In this document: piece after piece, positions 62,501 through 64,000 of the stretch
Numbering within the stretch: position 1 is the stretch's first letter
Layout: the number at the start of each line of letters is the position of its first letter
NCBI RefSeq assembly: GCF_022539665.2
Contig: NC_081332.1
Location: 7,006,001-7,070,000, forward strand
Length of the DNA stretch: 64,000 nt
Reading direction: 5' to 3'
Source: Daphnia carinata
Taxonomy: Eukaryota
The notes under the pieces: generated by a model
Databases searched by the model: none
The model's input: the letters and a program-made list of their open reading frames with translations, nothing else
Told to the model about the DNA's origin: nothing
Translations under genes and position numbers: made by a program

Positions 62501-64000
62501 ATATGATCTGGCTCTGAGCCAGAACAGCTCCGATCCAAATCGATCAGTCGACCCCTTCCTGCTTTACCTATATCCAGAAACTGGACGAAAAATAAAACTT
62601 ACGGTTTGGTTTCCTACCCAAGAAATCTACGCGGTGTTATTCGTTTTCACATCATCGTGTTTCTTTAAGAAACCTTCTCGTATTCATTTTGTAAAACAAA
62701 TTCATTATGGATGCTTTAATGGTCGGCTCGTTTGCATCAAATGGAAGCCGATGGTAAATGGACTGGATGTTAATTAGAAAGAATGCAAGATCACTTAACC
62801 GGAAATCTTTTACTCCATCTTATTACCATTTTACGTGCGTACGGCGATGGTGGGAAGGCAGGGGTAAGGGTCATAAAAATCATTAGAGGGCGAAAACCCA
62901 GCGAGAAAGAAAGAAGATAGGTACATTTTCCGTAGCGATGCGATGCAATCGTGTTCTCGCACGCCTACAAGACTCTGAAGGGCTACCGGATAAAATCTGA
63001 GACTTGGGGCCAAGAAGCGAAAAGAGGAGACCATACAGTACACGAAGAGGAGACAAGGAGAAGACAGAGAGGAGAGACGAATGAGAAAGCCACTCGTTTT
63101 GTTAGATGCTAAGGTTGATGATAAAAAGTATAGAAGCCTCTTCCTCTGTTCCTTCCCATTTGGCATCCATCCACCAAACGTCTGCACCAGTCGTATCCAT
63201 GGCCATTAACCTGCAGCGAAGATGGTGGTAGAACTGCTCCCGTGCCGGTAGTCGCTCCGTTCGCCTTTCCTTTTCGTCTTGATTAGCAAAGGTTCTAGGA
63301 GAGGTCAATCATCATAGTTTTTAGTAAATCTTGATTGGCTTGATAAACAAAGGGTGTAGCCTTCGATAATGCCTTTAATGTAGAAATAACTTCAGGCCGG
63401 TACATGAACGTATGAAACGACATACGTGACAAGCTAATTGCATTAAGGTAGGCGCGTAAAGATTTAATTTGTCCATTTGTAAAGTTTCTTGCTTCCTTAG
63501 AAAGTCTCTTCAAAATACCTTTTTTCTTCCTTCAAAAGTCCCTATAACATAACGGAAATAGATTGCTCAAATTGCATATCCATAAATACTAAATTCAGCA
63601 TTCTCTCACCACATGCGACATTCAAGTACTTTAATCCCGACGTCAGTTTATCGAAGAGTATGTTACAGTGTAAATATCAGCTGACAAAAGGAAGGTTTCG
63701 TTTTCTGATGGACTGTACAACGCTGAGCATGCGGCACAGTTTTTCTTTTACATTGGTAATTCTAATCTTAAAATGATTTCGCTCCCTATCACGTTTTGCA
63801 GTAGGACATTACCGTTTTTTTTTCTCATTCATTTTGACCTATACGCACTGGCCAGATAAGGTATTGGTAAATAGCAAACTGCTGGATAGGTCCAACCTTT
63901 TCCATGTTCGGTTAGACTTGTAGAGAATAAAAAAACAAACAAAATAAAAATAAATAAATGAAAAAGTTTTCCTGTGTCGACTATTGATCAACCAAGCAAC

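Noticed and set aside
53600..64000. Short ORFs of 60-170 aa on both strands
   Set aside because: No recognisable motifs, many non-ATG starts and composition typical of AT-rich non-coding DNA; small exons cannot be excluded.

Overview
This is eukaryotic, AT-rich DNA; a Daphnia-like arthropod is inferred from the short GT..AG introns, the TE types and a tandem tRNA-like array. About 0.4-53.6 kb is a densely nested transposable-element cluster, and 53.6-64 kb looks like ordinary non-coding sequence with no convincing CDS. Main elements: (1) a 4.5-kb DNA element (8826-13312) with ~750-bp inverted arms and an 8-bp TSD, inserted into a BEL/Pao integrase and carrying an intronless polypeptide GalNAc-transferase (GALNT) pseudogene, i.e. 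a Pack-MULE-like host-gene capture; (2) a two-LTR Gypsy provirus (36247-44141, minus strand, ATAT TSD, tRNA-Ala PBS) whose baculovirus-F-like env lies in the same reading frame as the integrase tail; (3) a hAT transposase pseudogene split by four younger insertions; (4) a near-intact Copia with one nonsense codon; (5) two BEL/Pao remnants, one with an extra Gag-knuckle-like ORF after the integrase; (6) a ~300-bp tandem array of tRNA-Thr-like genes with differing anticodons; and several MITEs, LTR fragments and Gypsy/hAT/THAP/MULE fossils. All calls come from manual reading and translation. No database searches were run, and boundaries of degenerate fossils are approximate.
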